Made by a program: the position numbers and the translations under genes
Source of the DNA: Octopus vulgaris
Taxonomy: Eukaryota
Length of the DNA: 64,000 bases
Assembly: GCA_951406725.2 (NCBI GenBank)
Contig: OX597820.1
Location: 92,876,001-92,940,000 of the forward strand
Direction of reading: 5' to 3'
Notes under the pieces: model-generated
What the model was told of the DNA's origin: nothing
Database searches by the model: none
The model's input: the letters and a program-made list of their open reading frames with translations, nothing else
Shown: positions 42,905-54,952 of the stretch, in pieces
Position numbering within the stretch: position 1 is the stretch's first letter
Layout of the letters: the number at the start of each line of letters is the position of its first letter

Positions 42905-43840
42905 ATGGACAACATGCAAAAATTAGAGGTGAATGCAAACACTGGCGTCAACAAAAGCCAGCGTAACTGGACGAAAGTAGAGCTGGAAGTTTTCATCAGA
43001 GGATGGAGCTCGGCCGACAGATCGCAACCAACTAAAAACATAGCGGCGACCCTGAAAAGCCATGGCTTTATGAGGACGTTGGCGCAAGTAGAGAGGAAGA
43101 AAAGAGAAGTCGAAAGGGCCTACACTCTCATTGCACCACACATGGCTTTGCTAAGCCAAGTCCTCAAGGTGGACAAAGACAAAGAGAGAGAGATGGAAAC
43201 AGGAAACACCAACCACAGAGTGTCAAAAAATGACACGCCCACTGCCACAGTCGAAGAAGGCAAGCAGGGCAAACAACAGATAGGCGGCGATGGGGAAACA
43301 GAAAATAACCACCCGGATGAAAAGACCTATGCAGAAAGGAACCAGTGGACAACCGTCCAACGGAGGAAGAAAAAACAGAGAGGAACTGGGGACAAGAAAA
43401 CCCAGATAACATGCAAATTCTTCCGGAATGGAACCTGCTGGCATGGAGAAACAGGGGAAGGATGCAGGTTCGCTCATCCCAGGCCCTATGGAAATTGCAT
43501 CAAACCCACTCGACCAAAATGCCTTAACCAAAACCAGAACAAATACAAGCTGCCCCAGAAATATGCAGACATAGTGCGTAATGCCCCAACAAGGAGAAGG
43601 CGCACATTTGCAGAGGAAATGCAGACGGCGGCAGCAGAACAAAGAAATTTTGTGGAAATGGCAGAGAAAATTGTGGGACAACTGGCCTGGATACATCGTC
43701 TTCAGAGCCAGGGGCACTCACAACAGCACTCAAGACCACCACAATCAAGGGACCCAGGGTGGCCACCGCTGACGCCGGCCCAGGTGCCACACCGTCAGCC
43801 TTTATTGACACCCCGGGTGTCTCACCAGTGCTTCTGCTGA
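42905..43840 (+). CDS. LINE ORF1, 311 aa: N-terminal Myb/SANT(trihelix)-like region and CCCH zinc finger
   Basis: WTKVELEVFIRGW...IAATLKSHGFMRTLAQVERKKREVERAY fits the trihelix pattern; CKFFRNGTCWHGETGEGCRFAH fits C-x7-C-x8-C-x3-H. Lies immediately upstream of ORF2. Confidence 0.8.
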   Translation: MDNMQKLEVNANTGVNKSQRNWTKVELEVFIRGWSSADRSQPTKNIAATLKSHGFMRTLAQVERKKREVERAYTLIAPHMALLSQVLKVDKDKEREMETGNTNHRVSKNDTPTATVEEGKQGKQQIGGDGETENNHPDEKTYAERNQWTTVQRRKKKQRGTGDKKTQITCKFFRNGTCWHGETGEGCRFAHPRPYGNCIKPTRPKCLNQNQNKYKLPQKYADIVRNAPTRRRRTFAEEMQTAAAEQRNFVEMAEKIVGQLAWIHRLQSQGHSQQHSRPPQSRDPGWPPLTPAQVPHRQPLLTPRVSHQCFC

Positions 43841-46781
43841 ATGTCAGAGGTCTGGTGAAACCCACTAATATGGGTAAAATTCCTTACCTTAGGGACTTGA
43901 GCACAAGCAACCATGCAATATGCATAGCACTGACTGAAACGCACCTGTCAAGCAGTATAGCAGATGCAGAAATACACATACCGAAGTATACTGTTTTTCG
44001 GTCGGACAGGAAGGAAAGAACTCATAGTGGGGTTGCCCTGTACGTCCGTGAAGATGTCACACCCATAGTACTGTTGACACACTCAAACTCAGTCTGTGAC
44101 ACACTGATAGTACACATGAAACAACCGAAAATAGTAATATGTGTCACATATCGGCCACCAGACACCCCTAGTCATGAAGGAGTGTTTGAAGATAGCCTCA
44201 GAAGAATAGAAGAAGTCCTGGACAAACTGGACCAGGGTAACACCATTCTACTGCTGGGAGATTTTAACCTTCCGAAAGTCAAATGGCCAGATGGCCATCT
44301 CCTCCCTGGAATGACATCACTTGAACAGAGACAGACAGAGTCCTTGTTGGCTCTCACACGCAAGTTTTTCATGGAGCAAGCAGTGCTTTGGCCAACAAGA
44401 GGTGAGAATGTCTTAGACCTCTGTTTCACAAGCAACCCGATGCTCATCCACAACATAATGGTAACACCAACAATTCTCTCAGATCACAACTTAGTAGAGG
44501 TAATGATATATGGTATGAGAGAGTTAGTTGAGACGCAGCCATTAGAAAATACCACAGGCCTATCCAGTCTAAACTTCCATAAGGCAAACTGGAAGAAGAT
44601 CAACGAAGAGATCCGAAAACATGACTGGAGTGACTTCATCACCACACAAGACACCAACACACATTTCCAACATTTCATGACAACAATACAGAACATATGC
44701 CATAAGTTTGTCCCGGAGAAAAAAGCCAGCGGGCATAGGAACGTTATTCCCAGAGACAGGAAAATACTTATGAGGCGAAGAGCTAAGCTCTCGAAGCAAC
44801 TGAATGCACGGCAGAGAAACAATGAGGGACTCCACCTGAAACTTTTTGAAACGGAAACTGCACTCAAACTTTCCTATGAGAAGGAGAGGGCAGAGAGAGA
44901 AGCCAGGGCCATAGAGAATATTAAAACAAACCCTAAAGCCTTCTTTAAATTTGCGAAAGAAACCACCTCGGTACACTGCAAGATTGGCCCACTCTTTGAT
45001 AAAAAGGGCTCTCTAACTGAGGACCCCCAAGGGATAAGTGAAATACTAAAGGAACAGTATAAAAGTGTGTTCACATCCCCTCTGGGGCACATGCAAATCA
45101 CAAACCCAGAAGTTTTCTTTGATGCCACAACACTCCAAAACCAAACAACAACCATCGACCACATAGACATAACAGAGAGGGATGTAATATCTGCCATAGA
45201 AGAAATGAGAATAAACTCAGCTGCTGGACCAGATGGATTCCCAGCAGTCCTCCTAAAAACATGCAGGCATGCCCTAGCGGGACCACTGAAGAAGCTCTTC
45301 AGTGGTTCCTTGGCTAACGGTAAACTGCCCAGGGCGCTAAAAGAAGGCACCATATGCCCTATCCACAAAGGAGGGAGTAGAGCAGAGGCCAAAAACTACA
45401 GGCCAGTCTCCCTGACGTCACACATAAGTAAGGTCATGGAACGAATCATCAGAAAAAAACTGATCACGTTCCTCGAAGAAACTAACCGTCTCACTGACAC
45501 ACAGCATGGCTTTCGCCCAGGAAGAAGCTGCCTTACGCAGCTGTTACAACACTACGACTGGGTACTGAAACAACTACTGGATCGCTCACAGGTGGATGTG
45601 GTATATCTCGACTTTGCGAAGGCCTTTGACAAAGTCGACCACGGAGTGATATGTCACAAATTACTCAGACTCGGCATAACAGGAAAAGTAGGTGAGTGGA
45701 TACATGACTTCCTGAAGGACAGAAGCCAGATGGTTGCAGCCAATGGAGCCCTCTCGGGAAAGACACCAATAGCAAGCGGGGTGCCACAGGGCACAGTCTT
45801 GGGACCCTTGCTGTTTTTGGTGGCGCTCTCTGACATGCCCTTGGTAGCACAAACAACATCCCTCACTAGCTATGCTGATGACACAAAGGTAGCACAGGCA
45901 ATCAAAAACCCAGCTGATGCTGACCTTTTACAACAAGATCTGGATGCCATATACAAATGGGCTGAAGACAACAACATGCAATTTAATGCTGGTAAATTTC
46001 AAGCCTTACAATATCAAGCTGTAAACACATATACATTACAACACAACTATACTGGTCCAGGAGGGATCGAAATCCCAGTATCGAAATCAATACGGGACCT
46101 GGGGATAGACATGAGTGACGATGCATCTTTTTCTTCACACATCGCGAAGGTGGCGACAATGTGCAGACGACTCACTGGCTGGATCCTGAGGACATTCCGG
46201 ACAAGAGACTGCGAGACCATGTTGACACTATGGAGGACATTTGTCCTAAGCCGCCTGGACTACTGCTCCCAACTGTGGTCACCGCATAGTGTCAAACTAA
46301 CCACAGAGCTTGAGACAATCCAAAGACATTTCACCAAGAGGATTTCCACCATGAAAGAAAAGAACTATTGGGAGAGGCTTAGGGAACTCAATTTGTACTC
46401 CTTGGAACGAAGACGAGAGAGATATGCAGTGATATACATATGGAAAATCCTGGAGGGACTAGCACCAAATTTTGGAATTGAGAGCTGTTCCAATCCCCGT
46501 ACAAGACGTCACTGTGTGGTGCCAAAGGTCCCGTTTCCACATCCAGGGTAAGGAGCAGATACTGTAATAGCCTGGGGTTCAGGGGCCCTCAGCTGTTCAA
46601 CAAACTGCCAAGAAAACTGAGAGATCTACATGATGCGGATGTGGACATTTTCAAAAAACATCTAGACAAGCTGCTTTCCGGGATCCCAGATGAACCCACT
46701 GCAAGGTACGAAGGTAACCTAAGGGCAGCAGCTACAAACTCTCTCTTAGATCAGTGGCCAGCCACGGCAAACTGGACTTAG
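43759..46781 (+). CDS. LINE ORF2: AP endonuclease + reverse transcriptase; one frameshift near 46540
   Basis: APE motifs LNVRGL, LTETHL, YRPP, GDFN, LDL, SDH; RT motifs NYRPVSL, QHGFR, YLDFAKAFDKV, GVPQGTVLGP, YADD. The frame stops at 46551, but the CR1-type C-terminus (GPQLFNKLP...FKKHLDKLLSGIPDEP...RAAATNSLLDQ) continues in the shifted frame to TAG at 46779-46781. Confidence 0.92.
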
Positions 46782-47442
46782 AGAGGGTAGCAACAAGGGC
46801 GGTGCCCCAGCATGGCCTCAGCCGGATGGCTGAAACAAGTAAAAGAGTAAAAGAGTATATATATATATGTATATATAGATATATATATGTATATATGTAT
46901 ATATATGTGTGTATATATATACGTGTGTGTGTATATCTATGTGTGTGTGTATAAAAGAAATTATATGGAAATATAATAATATTTCACGTGTTCTCTCACT
47001 CATAAGAAAAATACATCACATACTAATAAAAGAAACAAAAAATTAAACTCTGAGCGGTTCCCTCCATTTAAGTGAAATTTCTCCTTCCCTTCTGTTTCTT
47101 AGCAAACTCTTTTTCCTCAGTCCCTTACTCTGAAAGCAACCGTAGGTAGCATCACCAACAGTCGCCAGTCAAATTTCACACGTACATGTTTAAATTTTCT
47201 AAGATATAGAAAGTATATTGAAAAGGCATGGAAGAGATACCTTGATTATTGCTTCATAATCCGGATAGAATCTCAAACTGCTCTGGAAGTGTTCAATACC
47301 CTCCTGAACAACCTAGACCCATCTATCTAGTTTACAAAGGAGATGAATAGTACCAAATTGCGATTCCTCGATACAATTGTAATTAAAAATGACACCACCA
47401 TTACCATAGATATATACTATAAACACGGACACACATCAATAC

Positions 47443-47583
47443 CTGGATATTAAGTTGTGCTATCAACCACATACAAAACGCAACATCCCATACTGCGGAA
47501 CCAAAAGAATTTTCGTCTTCCATCGGACGAATTTTGGTAAGAATTGTTCGGCCTGTACTGGCTGACACACCGCCAACATACGA
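47443..47583 (-). CDS. Candidate coding exon, or alternative first exon starting at ATG 47523 (MEDENSFGSAVWDVAFCMWLIAQLNIQ)
   Basis: 141 nt open frame (SYVGGVSASTGRTILTKIRPMEDENS...LNIQ) ending at a phase-0 donor CAG|gtattg. The acceptor (tctag) has a poor pyrimidine tract, so the internal ATG may be the true start. Confidence 0.45.
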
Positions 47584-47638
47584 CTAGATACACCATTTTG
47601 TTAAATGCAGCACTTCCCACTGTATCAACTTCTCCCTG

Positions 47639-47726
47639 TTCTTCTTCTTCTTCTTCTTCTTCTTCTTCTTCTTCTTCTTCTTCTTCTTCTTCTTCTTCTT
47701 CTTCTTCTTCTTCCTCCTCCTCCTCC
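47639..47726. repeat. (TTC)n/(TCC)n microsatellite
   Basis: Direct reading; (AAG)n also at 12719-12818 and (CT)n at 8208-8309. Confidence 0.98.
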
Positions 47727-48381
47727 TTTCCTTCTTCCGATTTTTCTTTTTCTTCCCCTTCCTGTCGTCCTACTTCACTTTCGTCATCTTCCATTCGTTT
47801 TCCTCTCCCTCCTTCCCTTTCCCTCTCTTACCATTATACGTATCCGCTCTCTTGATTCTCCTCCCCCACATAATATCATTTTCACGTATTGAAATCGCAT
47901 ACACGTTTTCATTTTTTTTCATTTTTTTTCTTTTTTATTTCCTTCCGATATTTTCCTAACAAGGTCTGAAAGACGCACAATATAATAGCACGCCTTTGAT
48001 GCAAATCTGAAGAAGCGTCTCTCCAGTGCCTAAAACCGCAAATAGTATGTGACTTTTCATTTAGCATGTTTGCGTAAACTGGCGTTGTAAATGGAGACGG
48101 TACGGAAACATTTGTAACTTATAATTAAAGAAGTGTTAAAGAATTGTCCATGTCTTCTTTTAATTAGCATGTCAGTCATTAAGATAAGTGCTTCTCGTTG
48201 CTATGAGTTGCTTAACTCTTATTTCTAGCAATACTGATGCTGACAAGTGCTCTCAGTCACTTTAGTGACATACACACACGCACGCACTTATATATATATA
48301 TATATATATAATAGGGAATATTATTCCAAACTTACAGGGAAAAATTCAATTTAGAAATATTAAATCAAATTTCACAAAATA

Positions 48382-48428
<47 letters not shown>

Positions 48429-48470
48429 TGTGTGTATGTGTTTGTGCGTGTGTGTGTGTGTGTGTGTGTG

Positions 48471-48757
48471 TGGAGGCACATGGCTTAGTGGTTAGAGCAG
48501 CGGACTCGCGGTCGAGGGATTGCGGGTTCGAATCTCAGTCTAGGCGATGTGTGTGTTTATGAGCGAAACACCTAAGCCCCACGCGGCTCCGGCAGAAGGT
48601 AATGTCGAACTACTACTGACTCTTTCTCTCACTCTTTCCTCCTGCATCTCGTAGCTCACCTGCGACGGATCGACGTCCCGTCCAAGTGGGGAACCTATAC
48701 GCCAAGGAAACCGAGAAACCTGCCCTTATGAGCCAGGTATGGCTCGAGAAGGAACAA
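48471..48757 (+). mobile_element. tRNA(Arg-like)-headed SINE, family D; related copy at 21107-21350
   Basis: tggcttagtggttagagcagcggactcgcggtc...gggttcgaatc; shared tail gtcccgtcca...gaaacc...atgagcc. Confidence 0.8.
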
Positions 48758-49134
48758 ACAAACATATATATATATTTTGTTCTATTAAGAGTTTTATTAG
48801 TCAGATGACTATTATTATAGTTATATAAGTATTTAAGCAACTTTGTATTATATATTCATATGTGTGCATCTCTTTCTATGTGTGTGTCTATGAGTATGTC
48901 TGTGTGTGTTTGTGTGTGCATACATGCAACCACGCGTAATATATATGTCTAAACAAAAGAATAAACCACTTAGTACCTTGAATAAACTTTGATTTTAAGT
49001 AAACAGTTGAATGATTCATTAATACATTACGTGTGGGGCAAAATTTGATGTGCTAGTAAATCAACTGTTTATTTATTTGTGTGAGTGTATAAATACATAC
49101 TCACATATGTCCGCATATATCCGTATATATATAC

Positions 49135-49179
<45 letters not shown>

Positions 49180-49201
49180 CAGTCACACACATATCTATCT
49201 A

Positions 49202-49249
<48 letters not shown>

Positions 49250-50862
49250 CATACATATATGTACATAGGTAGATATGTATACATACATACACGCGCATTT
49301 AAAGACACACACGTAATGATTGTGATGATAGATACATACATACATACATACATACATACATACATACATACATACATACATACATACATACATACATACA
49401 TACATACATACGTATGTAATATGTATATAACCTGTTAGTGAAATTTGGTAAATAGTGAGTCTACAGAAATCTGTCGTGTGTGAGTGGAGGAGAGTGTATG
49501 TGCGTCTGTGAATGTGTGCGCACGAGTATGTGTCCGAACCGGAGAATAGTAATGAAAAAGAGTTTTTTGGTAAATACAAACACTCTCAGAGTATATTATT
49601 TGATAGATACTTATACATAGATACGTAGATATACATACACATATACATAAATGCACAGGTAGATGGTGAATGAGCGAGAGTGAGAGATGTGTATAAGTCT
49701 TGAAATATAAATGATAGAATGGAGTGATGTTATTGATGATATTGGTAATTATATTACAGAAGGGAGGTGTATATCCATCTGGATATTTAGATAAGTAGAA
49801 TACACGAAAGATGGGAACCTCTGTTCACTATAAATAATATGATAATAACGCTTAAAATGTCACAAAAATGCTTTGTTGAAAGAAATGTTATTGCATTTTC
49901 TTGTCTCATATAAAATGTTCTATTTTTGCAACTACAGTATCCTAATTAGGAATTATTAACAGCAAAATTGAGTTCAGACGTATTCAGAAGATAATCAGTA
50001 TGTTTTCTGATAAAAGTGAAGTGTCAATTTTGTGAAATTTCTACCATTATCTCTCTAATGTCACTGTTATCGCATGATACTGCATTAAGTTGTTGATCTA
50101 ACATGAAGTGAACGCTGTTATTTTAGTGGTAAAGTTTGCAAACGTTACACAATAGTAATTTCTCATAGCGTAAACTTTTCTCATTCTCAATTACTCGCTG
50201 TTATGGAGGTAAAAATTTGAGAATGTGCTGAGGCCTAATCATTGTACTTAACAACAACACTGAAGCAATTCAGACAAGAATAGTGTTGATCGTTGTAAAT
50301 TGTACATGGACATGTCTTCTGTCTCATTCTCTCTTTCTCTCTCTTTTTTATTCTGACTTTATGAGAGAATTTTATGCTTTCATCTTAATCCCAAATATAG
50401 AAAGATATTCTTAAAGTGAACTTAAGAAATTTAGCTTTACTTAACTATATATAAACATAATTATTTATTACCTTTCTTGCCGACAACACAGCATAAAGCC
50501 AATTATCTTGGCTGAATGTATTTAATGGAAAGTCAAAGATTATGTGTATTTGTGATTATGTGTGTTTCAGTGTGGATTTGAGCTTAAGTCTTTATGAGCT
50601 TACATGTTTATGTGAAGGTGTGTTTGTGGCGGGTGGGGGAGTATGTGTGTATATTTGTAAGTAAACTAGTTTAAATACGAATGTATGCATGTACATGTGT
50701 TTGAAGTCTGAATTCATATATAGACTCTTGTGCATATATGAGAATATGTTTGTGTGTAGGTCTAGGTATGTATAGATAGATAGATATATATATACATATA
50801 TGTATGTATGTATGTATGTATATCCATTTATATATATATATATATATATACATTTATATATG

Positions 50863-51371
50863 TGGAGGCGCAATGACCCAGTGGTTTGGGCAGCGGATTC
50901 GCGGTCGTAGGATCGCGGTTTCGATTCCCAGATCGGGCATTGAGAGTTTTTATTGAGCGAAAGCACTTAAAGCTCCATGAGGTTCCGGCAGGGGTGGTGG
51001 TGAACCTTGCTATACTCTTTCACCACAACTTTCTCTCACACTTTTTTCCTGTTTCCGTTGTACCTATATTTCAAAGGGCCAGCCTTGTCACACTCTGTGT
51101 CACGCTTAATCTCCCCGAGAACTACGTTAAGAGTACACGTGTCTCTGGAGTACTCAGCCACTTGCACGTTAATAAATGAGGTGCGACGTCGCTGGTGCCA
51201 AGCTGTGTCCACCTTTGCCTTTCCCTTGGATAACATCGGTGACGTGGAGAGTGGAGGGTGGTATGCGTTGGCGATTACTGGTCTTCAATAAACAACCTTG
51301 TCCAGATTTGTGCCTCGGAGAGTAACTTTCTAGATGCAATTCCATGGTCGTTCATGACCGAAGGCGGTCAC
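50863..51371 (+). mobile_element. Composite SINE (family D head + family C body + distinct tail)
   Basis: Head matches 21107/48471; 51070-51172 matches 22545-22648. Confidence 0.75.
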
Positions 51372-51416
51372 AACATTTATATATATATATACGTATAAAC
51401 ATATATATACAGATAC

Positions 51417-51457
<41 letters not shown>

Positions 51458-51468
51458 AATATATATAC

Positions 51469-51503
<35 letters not shown>

Positions 51504-51544
51504 CATATATATACATATACATAAATATATATATATGTATATAC

Positions 51545-51619
<75 letters not shown>

Positions 51620-51749
51620 CCAATCCAGGTGACAACGTAGAAAAAGTTCAGGGTGAATACTTGATAATTGTAAGCACCTGTATATCACATTTAGTGGTGT
51701 AGGTGAAAGAGTATATTTATCAAAATAAAAACATGATGCAAAGGATTCA

Positions 51750-51836
51750 GCGGTACATATGTTTCGGGCCTTTATTAGACGGTTTATAACAATGCATAAT
51801 TGATGTAAATGTGTGTCTATAGCCTTCTTCAGCCGC
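51750..51836 (-). ncRNA. Minimal type-I hammerhead ribozyme motif
   Basis: GCGG-CUGAAGA-AGGCUAUAGAC...GUCUA..GGCCC-GAAACAUAUGUA-CCGC: 4-bp stem I, canonical core, palindromic stem III (ACAUAUGU), GUA cleavage triplet. Confidence 0.7.
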
Positions 51837-52428
51837 GTACAATTACTACTTCAAGGACATGTATTACATTATAAGTTTTACGTTGGGGATGCAAATCCTC
51901 ATAGTCGCGTACGACAGAGCGAGGCACCAAAGCAAAATCAAAGCGTCCATCTCGTTTTTCACTCGATGTAGAATGAGGAAGTTGGATGTTGAGATAGAGA
52001 GGGAAGGAGTTGGGGGTGAATCTTTAGTGAGTTAGGGATCACAAAGAGGGAGGGTAGTAGGTGCAAAAAATAGTAAAAGAGTAAAAAATTACAAAGGAGT
52101 AAAAATAAAAAAAAGATATAAGAATATAAAAAAAATTATCTAAGTATATAAATATATACATGTATGTGCATGTACGCATGTGCGATTGTGAAGAAGCATG
52201 ATCTTGTAGTTAATGCGTTGGCTACAAGAACGTAGGTTCGATTACTACATCGGGCGACATGTTGTATCCTTAAGCAAGACACTTTCTTTCTCTCTCTCTC
52301 CCTCTACCTACATAATTATCTATGTGTCTGCTTGTCTGCCATCTATCTATCTGTCTGTCTGTCTCCGCAGTTGTCACGCTCTCCATATTCCGCTGGATCA
52401 AAGTTAAGAGTACTAGTAAAGTGCCTGT

Positions 52429-52482
52429 GTATTGCCTTGAAGCCCGTATAACCTAAAGGTTATACGGGCTTCAAGGCCATAC
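52429..52482. repeat. Perfect 21-bp-arm palindrome
   Basis: gccttgaagcccgtataacct-aa-aggttatacgggcttcaaggc. Confidence 0.9.
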
Positions 52483-52587
52483 TGGCTTGCGAGTAATGGC
52501 AAGACTTTTGTTACACCCCCCGCACACACACATACAAATGCATACATCCATAATACATATATACATGCATACATATATATATATATA

Positions 52588-54052
52588 TGCCAATATTTGG
52601 GCTGCTTGATAGGATATTTGATGAGATCCGAACCATTGATGTGAAAACTTAGAAGATACCAGCCAACACATAATTTCCACATCGACAGTGATGTAGACCA
52701 CCTCTACCTAAAGCAAAAATAATGGGACAAAGGCTTCACATCAATCCAGACTACCTTTGAATGTTGTATCATATCCCTTCGGCTACATCTTATAACCACC
52801 AAGTGTCTAAGTGCATTACTTGGTTAAGTTTGCATACATCAGACTGATAATATCATGAGATTTGGAAACCAGCTGCTTGAGCAACATTCCTTGTCTGATA
52901 ACTTTAAATACATGCCTAAAGTAGTCCACAACTCTAGTGCAGCGTATCATCAGATGAAATCCAGATAATTTTGGGATAGAAATTTCACAAGAGACAACCA
53001 CAAAGCCCATCACTTCAATGCCAAAAAGAGTTTCTGAATTAAAAACTGCAAAGGGATTGTCAACTAAATACCAAAGTGTGATGAGAGTATAACAGCAGAA
53101 AACCATGCATGCATATGTTAGTAGAAAGCTAGGGGACCATAGTAATATTTATCATCAAAGTAGTCCATCATGGACCAACAACTGAATTACTACCGATTGC
53201 AATCCAGATTCAAGAAATATCAATCAAATACCTGATGCAGAACAAGGACAAAGATGCAGGAAAAGCAGCAAAATGGCACAACCGATACAGACTTTGTGGA
53301 CTTAATACCGAAGATATCACCCAAATCAAAAGCAGCCGACCGAAAATATCATCACTTTATTATCTACCGTCGCTAAGTCACTGTATAACAAGATCCGTCG
53401 GAAGTATAACTCCGAGAACAAAAAAAATATGAACGCATAGTAAGGTGGAAGCCATAGCCACTCATAATAAAAAGGAGTACTGGTAGAATGTCCCAGTGAA
53501 AACCTCAGTAAAAAGTAAATACAATAGACCTGATATAATGATTTGCGATTGAGAATAGAATCTGTGTACAGTTGTCGAAATCAGTTGCCTAGCGGATGTT
53601 AACACAAAGCTAAAGGTCAGCAAAGAATATCTACGCCGGAACTATTGAGAAATTTGTAGTTACTCTATCCAGATTAGAAGTTCAGGATTATACCTGTAAT
53701 TATTGAGGTACTGGGATATGTAGTACAATACCTCAATACCAATCTTGAGAACTTATGCCTCTCAAAACCAGAAAGGAGACAGTTGATTCGAAGACTGCAG
53801 ATCCAATTCATCACTGAAACTAAAATTCTGTAAAGCCATCCAGAAGTTTATCATTTAATATATATATGCACGTCTAGATATGCAACTATATGCATGAGAA
53901 TACATACACAAAACAAAAATACAAATTTGTTCGTGTACATACATACAAAAATACTCAGTTGATGTTGAAATTCCAATGAAGAAGCCCTGGATCTAGGTTA
54001 GAAACCGGCTCTTTCTCTATTGGCAAGAAATCTTGAAATAAAACTGAATAAT
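52588..54052 (+). mobile_element. Decayed R4/Dong-like element with (TACA)n tail
   Basis: Remnants SDVDHLYL, RLCG..EDIT, NRPDIMI, TVVEISC.ADVN, IPVII; the 3' UTR is followed by (ACAT)n. Confidence 0.7.
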
Positions 54053-54202
54053 AACATACATACATACAAACATACAAACATACATACATACATACATACA
54101 TACATACATACATACATACATACATACATACATACATTCACTCATTCACTCATTCATTCATTCATTCATTCATTCATTCATACATACATGCATAACACAA
54201 CC

Positions 54203-54548
54203 TAAGTACTAATCTTGAGAAATTAGGCATCTCAAAACCAGAAAGGAGAAAGCTGATTTGAAGACTACAGATCACTGGAACTATAAAATGTAAAACTTTC
54301 CAGCAGTTTATCATTTAAGTATATATACGCTTGTCTAGACATGTAACCATATGCATGAGACTACATACATAAAACAAAGTATACAAACCTGCAGATGCAC
54401 TGAGTCCATGTACTGTAGATATACATCCATACATGCAAAACTACCCTGTTAACGTTGTTGACATTTCAATGAAGTAGCCTTGGAAGTAGGTTAGAAACCG
54501 GCCTTTTCGCAATTGGCAAGAATTCTTGAAACAAAATTGAATAATGAC
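54203..54548 (+). mobile_element. Second tandem 3'-end copy of the preceding R4-like family
   Basis: aatcttgagaa...catctcaaaaccagaaaggaga and taggttagaaaccggc...ttggcaagaa repeat about 53740-54050; again ends in (ACAT)n. Confidence 0.75.
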
Positions 54549-54835
54549 ATACATATGCACGTACGTACATACATACATACATACATACATACATACATAC
54601 ATACATACATACATACAAGCATACATGGTCGTCTGTCAGAGCGACACGGGACAACTAGTTATTTTTAAGAATAGCTGATGTCTTGCACAGTGACTTTGCA
54701 TAAAGTGAAGAAGATTTGCGCACTACCCGTCTCATTCTCTAGTTAGCGGCCATCTGCAATCCAGTTACAAGAAAAGATTCAGAAAACTAGGGATGATGAC
54801 AGATGCAATGTTACAGAGGGGGACCCAAATCTTAC

Positions 54836-54952
54836 TTGCCTCTGCACTACATAATGCGTTGCTGCAGCCGCCTTCATCCTCTGTTGAACCGTGAAAGCTA
54901 CTTCTGCAGAGTCCACCGGATCTCCTGAACAGAGTTCTACTACAGTGCACTT
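54836..54952 (-). CDS. Internal coding exon of unidentified host gene (KCTVVELCSGDPVDSAEVAFTVQQRMKAAAATHYVVQRQ)
   Basis: cattcAG| acceptor and CAA|gtaaga donor. 117 nt = 39 codons, phase 0/0, stop-free, non-repetitive and GC-richer than flanks. Confidence 0.65.

Larger units (their letters stand above)
42251..46857 (+). mobile_element. Full-length CR1-group non-LTR retrotransposon (LINE)
   Basis: Pyrimidine-rich 5' UTR with tandem monomers, ORF1, ORF2 (APE+RT), 3' stem-loop cagcc-ggat-ggctg and (GTAAAAGA)n tail running into (TA)n. 5' boundary approximate. Confidence 0.9.

Noticed and set aside
47450-47794. Poly-Glu ORF (and poly-Lys ORF at 12653)
   Set aside because: Driven by (GAA)n repeats. 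The plausible exon here is in another frame.
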